Of a DNA stretch of 9,357 nt, positions 1-8,416 are shown in pieces. The DNA lies in the sequence record SRR11831586_2169, one strand, 5' to 3'. The translations under genes were made by a program, and so were the position numbers. The notes beneath the pieces were generated by a model. The model was given only the letters and a program-made list of their open reading frames with translations. It searched no databases and was not told the DNA's origin. How positions within the stretch are numbered: the stretch's first letter is position 1; the number at the start of each line of letters is the position of its first letter.

Positions 1-1
1 T

Positions 2-478
2 ATTCCGGTACTGGATTTGCCTCGTGATGAACTGGAATCTTTCGCCAGTGCAGTCACCGGGCGTTTCCGTAACCCGTACATTAAGCATCAGCTGCTGTCT
101 ATCGCGCTCAACGGTATGACCAAGTTCCGCACCCGCATCCTGCCACAGCTGCTGGCAGGGCAGAAGGCAAACGGCACACTTCCGGCGCGCCTTACTTTCG
201 CATTAGCGGCATTGATTGCGTTCTATCGTGGTGAGCGTAACGGCGAAACATATCCGGTACAGGACGATGCACACTGGCTGGAACGTTATCAGCAACTCTG
301 GAGCCAGCATCGTGACCGTGTTATCGGCACCCAGGAACTGGTAGCGATTGTTTTGGCAGAAAAAGACCACTGGGAGCAGGACCTGACGCAAGTGCCTGGT
401 CTGGTCGAGCAGGTTGCTAATGACCTGGATGCGATTCTCGAAAAAGGGATGCGCGAAGCTGTACGTCCGTTGTGCTAA
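2..478 (+). CDS. uxaB: Altronate oxidoreductase (tagaturonate reductase), C-terminal part; gene begins upstream of the window
   Basis: The frame is open from position 2 ([48 protein letters not shown]...). RF.NP.I.H.L..I...K...RI.P is the C-terminal motif of the mannitol dehydrogenase family. It ends ...[11 protein letters not shown], and adjacency to yneE matches E. coli gene order. The TTG at 17 is internal, not the start. Confidence 0.95.
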   Translation: MPVLDLPRDELESFASAVTGRFRNPYIKHQLLSIALNGMTKFRTRILPQLLAGQKANGTLPARLTFALAALIAFYRGERNGETYPVQDDAHWLERYQQLWSQHRDRVIGTQELVAIVLAEKDHWEQDLTQVPGLVEQVANDLDAILEKGMREAVRPLC

Positions 479-495
479 TAACACCGTTACTTCTG

Positions 496-523
496 AACCC
501 GGTTTCGACCGGGTTTCTTATTT
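496..523 (+). terminator. Rho-independent terminator of uxaB
   Basis: Perfect 8-bp stem AACCCGGT (496-503) / ACCGGGTT (508-515) with a TTCG tetraloop, followed by T-rich TCTTATTT, 17 nt after the uxaB stop. Confidence 0.85.
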
Positions 524-527
524 CACC

Positions 528-550
528 ATATTAGTTACAACATCCTATAT
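528..550 (-). other. terC: Replication terminator TerC (Tus-binding site)
   Basis: The minus strand reads ATATAGGATGTTGTAACTAATAT, a 23-bp Ter site with G6 and the full core ATGTTGTAACTA. It matches the TerC sequence as I recall it, in its known position between uxaB and yneE. Confidence 0.93.
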
Positions 551-629
551 GCCTTTATCATTAACAGGTGCCACATGCAGCGCCTGCTAATGTTGTAAGC
601 TTGTAGGTAATTTGTAAGTAGCGTCTTGA

Positions 630-651
630 GAATGTGATCGTAATCACGTTT
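630..651. promoter_or_regulatory. Putative CRP (cAMP receptor protein) binding site upstream of yneE
   Basis: GAATGTGATCGTAATCACGTTT = TGTGA-N6-TCACG; 17/22 identical to the consensus AAATGTGATCTAGATCACATTT. Confidence 0.7.
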
Positions 652-684
652 AATAGGGCGACTTTTCCACGCCTGAAGATAACC

Positions 685-1599
685 ATGATTGTTCGTCCAC
701 AACAACACTGGCTGCGCCGTATTTTTGTCTGGCACGGCTCAGTATTATCCAAGATATCCTCGCGCTTACTACTCAATTTTCTCTTTTCTATCGCTGTTAT
801 TTTCATGCTGCCCTGGTACACGCATCTGGGCATCAAATTCACCCTCGCACCGTTCAGCATTCTCGGTGTCGCCATCGCCATTTTTCTTGGTTTTCGTAAT
901 AATGCCGGGTACGCCCGTTACGTTGAAGCGCGAAAACTTTGGGGGCAGTTGATGATTGCCTCACGGTCGTTACTGCGCGAGGTAAAAACGACATTGCCGG
1001 ATTCGGCAAGTGTAAGGGAGTTTGCCCGGCTGCAAATCGCTTTCGCCCACTGTTTACGCATGACATTACGCAAACAGCCACAGGCGGAAGTGCTGGCTCA
1101 TTATCTCAAGACTGAAGATCTTCAGCGTGTACTGGCTTCGAACTCTCCAGCTAACCGTATCTTGTTAATAATGGGAGAATGGTTGGCGGTTCAGCGCCGC
1201 AATGGACAGCTTTCAGATATCCTGTTTATTAGCCTCAACGATCGGCTTAATGATATTTCAGCGGTCCTGGCAGGATGCGAGCGCATTGCCTATACGCCAA
1301 TTCCCTTTGCCTACACCCTGATTTTGCATCGTACCGTTTATCTGTTTTGTATCATGCTGCCGTTCGCGCTGGTCGTGGACCTGCATTACATGACGCCTTT
1401 TATCTCTGTGCTGATTTCCTACACTTTTATTTCGCTGGATTGTCTGGCGGAAGAACTGGAAGATCCGTTCGGTACTGAAAACAATGATTTACCACTGGAT
1501 GCCATCTGCAACGCTATTGAAATTGACCTGTTACAGATGAACGATGAAGCCGAAATTCCAGCAAAAATTCTTCCCGATCGTCATTACCAGCTGACGTGA
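685..1599 (+). CDS. yneE: Bestrophin-family inner-membrane ion channel protein (304 aa)
   Basis: Several hydrophobic helices plus bacterial bestrophin motifs FRNN..Y.RY.EAR.LWG, ERI..TPIPFAY and EELEDPFG...NDLPL. ATG 685 (MIVRPQQHW) is preferred over GTG 634, which lies inside the CRP-like palindrome. Confidence 0.9.
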   Translation: MIVRPQQHWLRRIFVWHGSVLSKISSRLLLNFLFSIAVIFMLPWYTHLGIKFTLAPFSILGVAIAIFLGFRNNAGYARYVEARKLWGQLMIASRSLLREVKTTLPDSASVREFARLQIAFAHCLRMTLRKQPQAEVLAHYLKTEDLQRVLASNSPANRILLIMGEWLAVQRRNGQLSDILFISLNDRLNDISAVLAGCERIAYTPIPFAYTLILHRTVYLFCIMLPFALVVDLHYMTPFISVLISYTFISLDCLAEELEDPFGTENNDLPLDAICNAIEIDLLQMNDEAEIPAKILPDRHYQLT

Positions 1600-1602
1600 T
1601 AT

Positions 1603-2361
1603 TTACTCCATACGCCGGGCAACAATAAACAGACGCGGAAATGCCAGCAGTATCTGTCCGTTCTCTTGCAGTGGATACTGCTCTTCCAGCATCTGATGGT
1701 AGCGCTTAAGAAAAAGCTGCTGTTCGCTCTCGGTCAGATCCTGTAACCACGGACGTAATCCAGTGGCAGTCACCCAATCGATAATCGCCTGGTGTGACGG
1801 CATCTGGTGATAGTAGGTGGTTCGCCAGATATCGACCTCACATCCGGCTTCGCTCAAAATATCGTAGTAAGCATGAACGCCAGCCAACGGCTCACGCCCG
1901 CGATCCGGGTAGTTTTGTTCCCAGGCAACTTCGCGCATGAGCACATGGGTCGGCTCCAGCCAGTTATCTGGCATCTGTACTGCCAGCACGCCCTGCGGAT
2001 TAAGTAAAGAAACCAGATGAGGAAACAATTCGTAGTGGTCGGGCAGCCATTGCAGTGAGGCATTAGCAAAAATCAGATCGAGTGCCTGTACCGGTTGCCA
2101 GTTGCGGATGTCTGCTTCCACGAACTGGCAGTCTGGCAAAGCACTGCGCGCTTCAGCAATCATCGCCGGAGACGAGTCGATGCCTGTTATCCTGGCCGCA
2201 GGCCAACGTTGTTGTAGAAGGGCGGTGCTGTTACCTGGGCCACAGCCAAGATCGGCAACATATTCGACATTTTCCAGCGGCACTCTGGCAAGCAGCTCCA
2301 CCGCCGGACGCGATCGTTCAGCGGAAAAGTGTAGATATAAAGAGGGGTTCCAGTCAGACAT
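1603..2361 (-). CDS. tam: Trans-aconitate 2-methyltransferase (252 aa)
   Basis: N-terminus [21 protein letters not shown] motif [11 protein letters not shown], and motif [15 protein letters not shown] on the minus strand at about 2369-2373. Confidence 0.97.
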
Positions 2362-2390
2362 TTTTTTACTCCCGTCAGCGCGTTACCCCA

Positions 2391-2397
2391 ATTGTAG
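2391..2397 (-). promoter_or_regulatory. Candidate sigmaS-type -10 element for tam
   Basis: The minus strand reads C-TACAAT (C at -13), about 30 nt upstream of the tam ATG, with no recognisable -35. This fits the established RpoS-dependent stationary-phase expression of tam. Confidence 0.55.
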
Positions 2398-2417
2398 ATA
2401 AAATTGATAAATTCGCC

Positions 2418-2708
2418 TCACGGCATCAAACCATTGAACAGACGTTTTTTACGCGGCCCGGTCATTAAAGATTCCAGTTTCGCGACACAGGTTTTGTAGT
2501 GGGGCGTGGTTTTATGGAACGCCACTGCGTCTTCATCTTTATAGGCTTCGTAGATATAAAAGCGCGAATTCACTTCCGGGTCCTGTAAGACATCGAAGCG
2601 CAAATTGCCTTCTTCCTGTACAGAGCCCAGGTGGTTCTGGCGAAAAACTTCGATAAACTCGTCAACCTTGTCTTCATGAACGTTAATTTCAACCAGTGTG
2701 ACGTGCAT
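2418..2708 (-). CDS. lsrG: Phospho-AI-2 isomerase ((4S)-4-hydroxy-5-phosphonooxypentane-2,3-dione isomerase), 96 aa
   Basis: ABM-type dimeric alpha/beta barrel motifs [19 protein letters not shown] and HKTTPHY. SD AAGGAG. Last gene of the lsr operon. Confidence 0.96.
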   Translation of the reverse strand: MHVTLVEINVHEDKVDEFIEVFRQNHLGSVQEEGNLRFDVLQDPEVNSRFYIYEAYKDEDAVAFHKTTPHYKTCVAKLESLMTGPRKKRLFNGLMP

Positions 2709-2731
2709 AATTCTTCTCCTTAGATCCGCAG

Positions 2732-3607
2732 TTACTGTTTTTCACTCAGATAGAGTTCATATGCCCGATCAGCCGTTTCGTTATGGTGAACCACCGCCTG
2801 TACGGCTTTCATCATCGCCACCGGATGGTCAGACTGGAAAATATTACGCCCCATATCCACACCAGAAGCGCCCTGATCGATAGCCTGCCAGCACATTTCC
2901 AGCGCCTCGCGCTCCGGTAATTTTTTACCGCCAGCAATAACAATGGGTACCGGACATCCGGCAACAATCCGTTCAAAACCTTTTTCGACATAATAGGTTT
3001 TGATAATTTGCGCCCCCATTTCAGCGGCGATTCGAGTCGCGAGCGAGAAATAACGCTGATCGCGCACCATATCTTTGCCCACGCCAGTCACGGCCATGGT
3101 CGGCATTCCCACTTTCATTCCGGCATCAACCAGCTGAATAATATTTTTGATCGACTGATGTTCATATTCGCTGCCGATATAAACCTGCGCCGCCACCGCG
3201 CAACTGTTCAGGCGCACGGCGTCATCCATCGATAACGCCACGGCTTCATTACTTAATTCCGCCAGAATAGAGTTCGCACCTGACGCCCGCAGTACCACCG
3301 GCCTATTGGTCGCAGGGGGAACTACGCTGCGCAAAATGCCGCGCGTACACATTAATACATCGGCATGTTCAAACAGCGGGGCGATATTTATATCAATGCG
3401 TTCAAGTCCGGTAGTCGGTCCCTGAAAATAACCATGGTCAAAAGCCAGCATCACGGTTTTACCCGTTTTCGGATTAAATATCCGCGATAAGCGTGACTGC
3501 ATTCCCCAATCCAGCGCACCGCAACCTTTCAGGGTAAAAGGGATATTTTTTTGCGGTTGATCGGTACGAAAATCTTTACCATCTTTAATATCGTCTAAAT
3601 CTGCCAT
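2732..3607 (-). CDS. lsrF: 3-hydroxy-5-phosphonooxypentane-2,4-dione thiolase (class I aldolase fold), 291 aa
   Basis: Motifs AFDHG (D57), IIKTYY (Schiff-base K203), IAGG and [10 protein letters not shown] (D251). SD GGAG. Confidence 0.97.
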   Translation of the reverse strand: MADLDDIKDGKDFRTDQPQKNIPFTLKGCGALDWGMQSRLSRIFNPKTGKTVMLAFDHGYFQGPTTGLERIDINIAPLFEHADVLMCTRGILRSVVPPATNRPVVLRASGANSILAELSNEAVALSMDDAVRLNSCAVAAQVYIGSEYEHQSIKNIIQLVDAGMKVGMPTMAVTGVGKDMVRDQRYFSLATRIAAEMGAQIIKTYYVEKGFERIVAGCPVPIVIAGGKKLPEREALEMCWQAIDQGASGVDMGRNIFQSDHPVAMMKAVQAVVHHNETADRAYELYLSEKQ

Positions 3608-3633
3608 AACTTACTCCGGTTAAGTAATGCACA

Positions 3634-4656
3634 TCAGAAATCGTATTTGCCGATATTCTCTTTGTTGAATATCACGCGCTCCGGTAACAGTACGATGCCA
3701 TTACCATCCGCTTCGTAGTCATAGCCCTGAACGCTGTTTGGCGAGACTTCAACCTGACCTACGCCCTTGATATCCAGCTTGTCGCCCGTTTTCATTGATC
3801 CTTTTTTCAATAATGCATCCGCGACATACACTGAAATTTTGCCTTGCTGAACCACATCCCACAGGCCAAATTCTTTCACCGTGCCGCGCTCTACATACGG
3901 GCGCATCACATTTGGCGTACTGAATCCGACAATCGCTACTTTGTCATTTTTCAAGTTTTCTGCGGCTTGTGCGGCAGCGGGCAGGGCGTTGGCATCGGGG
4001 GCGATAATGGCGTCGAGATCGCTATACGCTTTTAATATTCCTTCTGCGGTTTGTAACGATTTAGTGGCATCGTTATAGCCAAACTGCGTAGTGACAATTT
4101 CCCAGCCTGGATGCTCTTTGGCGATTTTCGCTTTCGCTTCTTTCACCCACTGGTTTTGGTCCGTAACGGTGGGGCTTGAGTAGAAAAACGCGACTTTGGC
4201 TTTGTCTTTATTCACCTGACGCGCCGCCATATCCACCAACATACCTCCTAACTGGGCGGGCGTTCCCTGATTAATGTAGTAAGAGCGGCACTCCGGTTTA
4301 GTATCAGAGTCCCAGGTCAGCACTCTCACACCACGTTGCATGGCGCGTTTCAGTGCCGGACACAAGCCATCAGGCGAAACCGCAGAAACGATAATGGCGT
4401 TATAACCTTGATTGACGAAGTTATTAATCAACTGTACCTGACCAGAAACACTGGGTTCTGTCGGCCCGTCGTAGGTCACATCAACGCCCAGCTCTTTACC
4501 CGCTTGTTGTGCGCCGTTGCCACCGCTGGTAAAAAATCCCACGCCAACCAGTTTGGGAATAAATGCAATACGCTCTGCGGCCTGCACATTCATAGAGATT
4601 GCGGCAATGCCAAGAGCGCTAAGTAAGGCGATTTTCTTAAAGCGATGAAGTGTCAT
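3634..4656 (-). CDS. lsrB: Periplasmic autoinducer-2 binding protein, 340 aa
   Basis: Signal peptide ending ...MNVQA|AE and a sugar-binding-protein fold. The six LsrB AI-2 (R-THMF) contact residues K35, D116, D166, Q167, P220 and A222 are all present by direct count. Confidence 0.98.
3979..3986 (+). other. KOPS octamer (FtsK-orienting polar sequence)
   Basis: GGGCAGGG matches GGGNAGGG and points toward higher window coordinates. It lies within lsrB on the antisense strand. Confidence 0.6.
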
Positions 4657-4667
4657 GAAGATATCCT

Positions 4668-5660
4668 TTATGGCAATGGGTTATTGGCCCGACGCGCCAG
4701 CCACTCTTTAATTTGCTGGCGATGCAGGCTAACGGAACGACCTACGACAACGACGATAAGTAGCGCACCGGAAAGGGCGCTGGACACCTGATTTGGCACT
4801 CCTGCCATTTGCAAACCTTGTTGCAAATATCCCACTAATAAAACCGCAATGGCGGTGCCGATAATGGAACCGGAACCACCATAAATATTGGCCCCGCCAA
4901 GCACCACGGCGGTGATGGCGGGCATCAGAAACGACGCACCGAGATCGGAACGTGCTGAACCAAAATACGATACCAGCAGCACAGCGGCGACCGCAGACGC
5001 CAGCCCCGTCATGGCATAGAGCGCACATAAGGTACGGTTAACTGGAATCGCGCTATAAAGCGCCACGCGCGGGCTTTGCCCAATCAAAAACACATTACGT
5101 CCGGCATGGGTTTTATGCAGCCAGAGCCAGAAAACGAGGAGACATATCAGGAAGATAATCAGCGGAACGGGGAGTCCCAGCACATCCAGGTTAGCGAAAT
5201 CTGTAAACGCCATCGGGAATCCACCAATACCTTCGTACCCCGTCGCTCCGGCCATACCGGAAAGCAGCAGAGCGCTTCCGGCAAACAGATACAGCGTGCC
5301 AAGCGTAATCACCAGCGGGTTAACTTTGGTATAGATAATTAATCCGGCGTTGATCAGCCCGCACAATGCGCCGAGCAGTAAGGTCAGGAGTATCGCCAGC
5401 GGCATCGGCACACCACTTTGAAACAGTACGCCCAATGCAATGGCGCAGAGGCCGATGGTCGAACCAAACGAAATATCGATCCCGCCACTGACAATCACCA
5501 TCGTTAGCGGTAGGGCGACAATGCCAATGCAGATAAAGTCACTGGTGCTGAACAGCAACATATTGAGATCTAACATTCGCGGGTTAATTGCACCAAATGC
5601 GACAATCTCAATAACGAGCAGTGCGGCAAGAGCCAGTTCCCAACCGTAGCGAATACGCAT
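4668..5660 (-). CDS. lsrD: AI-2 ABC transporter permease, 330 aa
   Basis: RbsC-like permease motifs [17 protein letters not shown] and AITAVVLGG...GGSGSIIG. Its start overlaps the lsrC stop by 1 nt (TAATG). Confidence 0.96.
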
Positions 5661-6688
5661 TATGCGGCCTCCCGTTTTTTACCTGACGAAGCGGGTTTAA
5701 CGGATGGCGGTGGCGTCATAAAGCGGGCATATTTTTGCCGCCGTAGATTACGTTCCAGCGCACAACGCAGGCGTCCATCAAACACCAGCACCGCCAGCAG
5801 AACCAGACCCGCGATAAAATCATTCCACCATGCCGGAATGCGCAACAGCACCAGTACGCTATCGATCTGCGTCAGGAACCATGCGCCGAGTACCGCACCA
5901 ATGATCGCACCGGAACCACCGAGCAAACTAATGCCGCCCAGCACGCAGGCTGCAATTGCTTTCATCTCCAGCCCGGTACCGGTCTGGTTGGGGATAAAAC
6001 CAATCTGCGAAGCAAACACAATTCCCGCCAGTGCCGCCATGCAGCCGTTCAACGAAAATGCCACAATGCGAATGGCTTCAGTACGAACGCCCAGTTGACG
6101 AGCGCCCTGTAAATTATCGCCCGTGGCATAAAAACTGCGTCCAAACGCCGTCTTTGCCAGCAGCCAGGCCATAAATGCCACCAGAATTATCGTCAACCAA
6201 CCAATTGCTGAAACGCCAAGCAGCAGCGGGGCGGAGAGCTGTTTCAGTTCGGCGGGTAACCCTTCAATCCATTTGCCGCCAGTCCACAGCAACATGATGC
6301 CTCTGTACAACCCTAACGTGCCAAGGGTGGCAACAATGGCAGGGATCTTTAGCCACGCGACCAGGACACCGTTGAAAAATCCCGCGAGCAAACCAAGCAG
6401 TAAAGTCGCGACACAAGCAACAGGTAGTGAATATCCTGCGTTCAGTAACATCCCCAACAGCACCGCGCACATTCCGGTAATCGAACCCACTGAAACATCA
6501 ATATTGCGCGTAAGCATTACCAGCGTCGCGCCCATTGCCAGCAGGATCAGGATTTGCGCGCTGCTATAAACCATGGTCAGCGTTTGCACACTTAAATACT
6601 GGCGGTCGAGAAAACCGGGTAATACAAACAGCAGCACCACCGCCAGCAGTGCCGTGATTTCACGGTTGTTCTGAATAAACTTCAGCAT
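5660..6688 (-). CDS. lsrC: AI-2 ABC transporter permease, 342 aa
   Basis: Motifs [23 protein letters not shown] and [17 protein letters not shown]. Its start overlaps the lsrA end by 7 nt (ATGCTGA). Confidence 0.96.
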
Positions 6689-8217
6689 GACGCCTCCTGA
6701 CGCTGACTATCGCCGAAGGCAACGCGCATAATAGTCTCGACATTAATATCGCGCTCGGTCAGTGCAGAGTGGGTAATTTCGCCCTGATGCATCACATACA
6801 CACGATCTGCCATCAGTTCGATCTCTTCCAGGTCGGAGGAGATAAGCAGCACAGCCACATTTTGTGCGGCGATGCTGCGCAACAGCTGGTAGATATCATT
6901 ACGGGCCGAGACATCCACGCCGCGCGTCGGCTCATCGACAATCAATACTTGCGGCGAAGCTTCCAAGCATTTGGCAATGAGGATTTTTTGCTGGTTGCCA
7001 CCGGATAATGTCCGTGCAGCTTGTTCCGGTTGGTTGAATTTAATATTCAGCGCCCGACGATAACGTTCCAGGGTGGCATTATCTTTCGCGGTTTTCGCCC
7101 AGAATCCACGAAGGTTATGAGTAAGGGCGCAGACGTTCCAGGCCAGCGAAGCATCGAGATTCAGTCCGGATGACTGGCGATCTTCCGGCAGATAAACCAG
7201 ACCGCGCAGTAAACGTTCTCCAGTGGATAATTTATTGATCTCTTTACCATTCAGCATAATGCGTCCGCCACGCAAAGTACGCAGACCATAGAGCGTCTCG
7301 GCCAGTTCTGTGCGTCCGGCCCCCACCAGCCCAGCCAGGCCCAGAATTTCTCCGGCATTGAGCGTCAGGCTGACATTCCTGAAACCTTCGCCGGTCAGAT
7401 TTTCCAGTGTCAGCACCGGCGTTCCGGCGGCATGTTGTGGGCGGTTACCAGGTAACTCCAGCCATAATTTTTGGCTGGCAGAGAGCGATTTTTCCCGTAC
7501 CGCTGGGGTGATGGCCTGAATAATGTCGTCGGTAGACAGTTCGCTGGTTTTGCCGCTTAAGGCGATGGTTCCGTCGCGCATCACGCTAATTCGATCGGCA
7601 ATCTGGCGAATTTCCGGCAGCTTATGCGAGATAAAAACAATACCCACGCCAGTAGCAAGCAGCTCTTGCAAGCGACTAAACAAGCGTTCGGTTTCCGCAG
7701 GGGTAAGCGAGGCGGTAGGTTCATCGAGGATCAGAATCCGCGAGTCGCGCATCAGCCCGCGGAGGATTTCCACCATTTGGCGATCGGCGACATCCAGCGA
7801 TCCTGCCAGACTATGCAGATCAAACTGGCAGCCCAGCGCCGCCAGCAAGTTCTTCATTTTCTGCATGGAGAGCTGTTTTTTTGCCAGCCCAAACAGGATG
7901 TTTTCTTTTATCGACAGGCTTGGGAAAAGCAGCGGTTCCTGGGGAACGAGATAAATACCCAGCTGATGAGCATGAACTGGCGTTAATCTGACGTAGTTGT
8001 TGCCCTCAATCTCCAGCGTACCGCTATCAGCAGGGGTAATACCGGCAATAATCTTCATTAACGTCGATTTACCGGCACCATTGCCGCCGAGCAGGGCGTG
8101 GACCTCCCCCTGATGCAACGTAAAATCGATGCCTTTCAGGACATTGACCCCTGAATACTGTTTATAAACCGAGCGGGCGCAAAGTAGCGGTAACGCGCGG
8201 GTATCACTCGTTTGCAT
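6682..8217 (-). CDS. lsrA: AI-2 ABC transporter ATP-binding protein (tandem ABC domains, CUT2 family), 511 aa
   Basis: Domain 1 has Walker A GGNGAGKS and ILILDEPT with a degenerate signature (LDVAD). Domain 2 has a degenerate Walker A (GLVGAGRT), signature LSGGNQQK and VDEPTRGVD. Confidence 0.97.
7323..7330 (-). other. Chi site (RecBCD hotspot octamer)
   Basis: CCACCAGC on the + strand = GCTGGTGG on the - strand, within lsrA. Confidence 0.7.
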
Positions 8218-8248
8218 ATTTCCCCCGTTCAGTTTTGCAGGTGAGTTT

Positions 8249-8281
8249 TGAACAAATGTATTTCTGCTTTTAATTTGTTCA
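8249..8281. promoter_or_regulatory. LsrR operator overlapping the lsrA promoter
   Basis: Inverted repeat TGAACAAAT-N15-ATTTGTTCA (TGAACA-N21-TGTTCA). It contains a candidate -10 TACATT on the minus strand (8260-8255). Confidence 0.85.
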
Positions 8282-8307
8282 TAACCTTAGGTGGACATTG
8301 CACATAT

Positions 8308-8329
8308 TTCCGACGAATAGATCACAATT
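8308..8329. promoter_or_regulatory. CRP site activating lsrA (one strong half-site)
   Basis: The minus strand reads AATTGTGATCTATTCGTCGGAA. Its centre (8318.5) is about 71 bp upstream of the inferred lsrA start site (~8248), a class I geometry. cAMP-CRP activation of lsr is established. Confidence 0.7.
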
Positions 8330-8378
8330 TATGCTATTTTGATTTTCACGGTTGCGTTTGTTCATGCTCGTAGAGTCA

Positions 8379-8400
8379 AACTGTGGTTGCCATCACAGAT
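8379..8400. promoter_or_regulatory. CRP site on the lsrR side
   Basis: AACTGTGGTTGCCATCACAGAT = TGTGG-N6-TCACA (9/10 core). Confidence 0.75.
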
Positions 8401-8416
8401 ATAAATGAGCAAGAAC

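Noticed and set aside
634..647. GTGATCGTAATCAC as a second matS
   Set aside because: It is 14 bp with GTGAT/ATCAC arms rather than GTGAC-N3-GTCAC, and fits CRP better.
634..684. 17-codon N-terminal extension of yneE from GTG 634 (321-aa version)
   Set aside because: The GTG lies inside the CRP-like palindrome and candidate promoter, with no convincing SD. ATG 685 gives the recognised MIVRP start.
535..881. Minus-strand ORFs 535-735 and 561-881 crossing the intergenic region
   Set aside because: No recognisable motifs or SD. They overlap yneE antisense and regulatory DNA (535-735 also runs into TerC) and are probably chance ORFs.
1807..7986. Many 60-143 aa ORFs antisense or out of frame to tam and lsr genes (e.g. 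2082-2468, 7523-7954)
   Set aside because: Typical shadow ORFs of real coding sequence, with no domain signatures or translation signals.
6682..8217. Degenerate second Walker A and first signature motif in LsrA as a sign of pseudogenisation
   Set aside because: This asymmetry is normal for CUT2 (RbsA/MglA-like) tandem ATPases, and the frame is intact.
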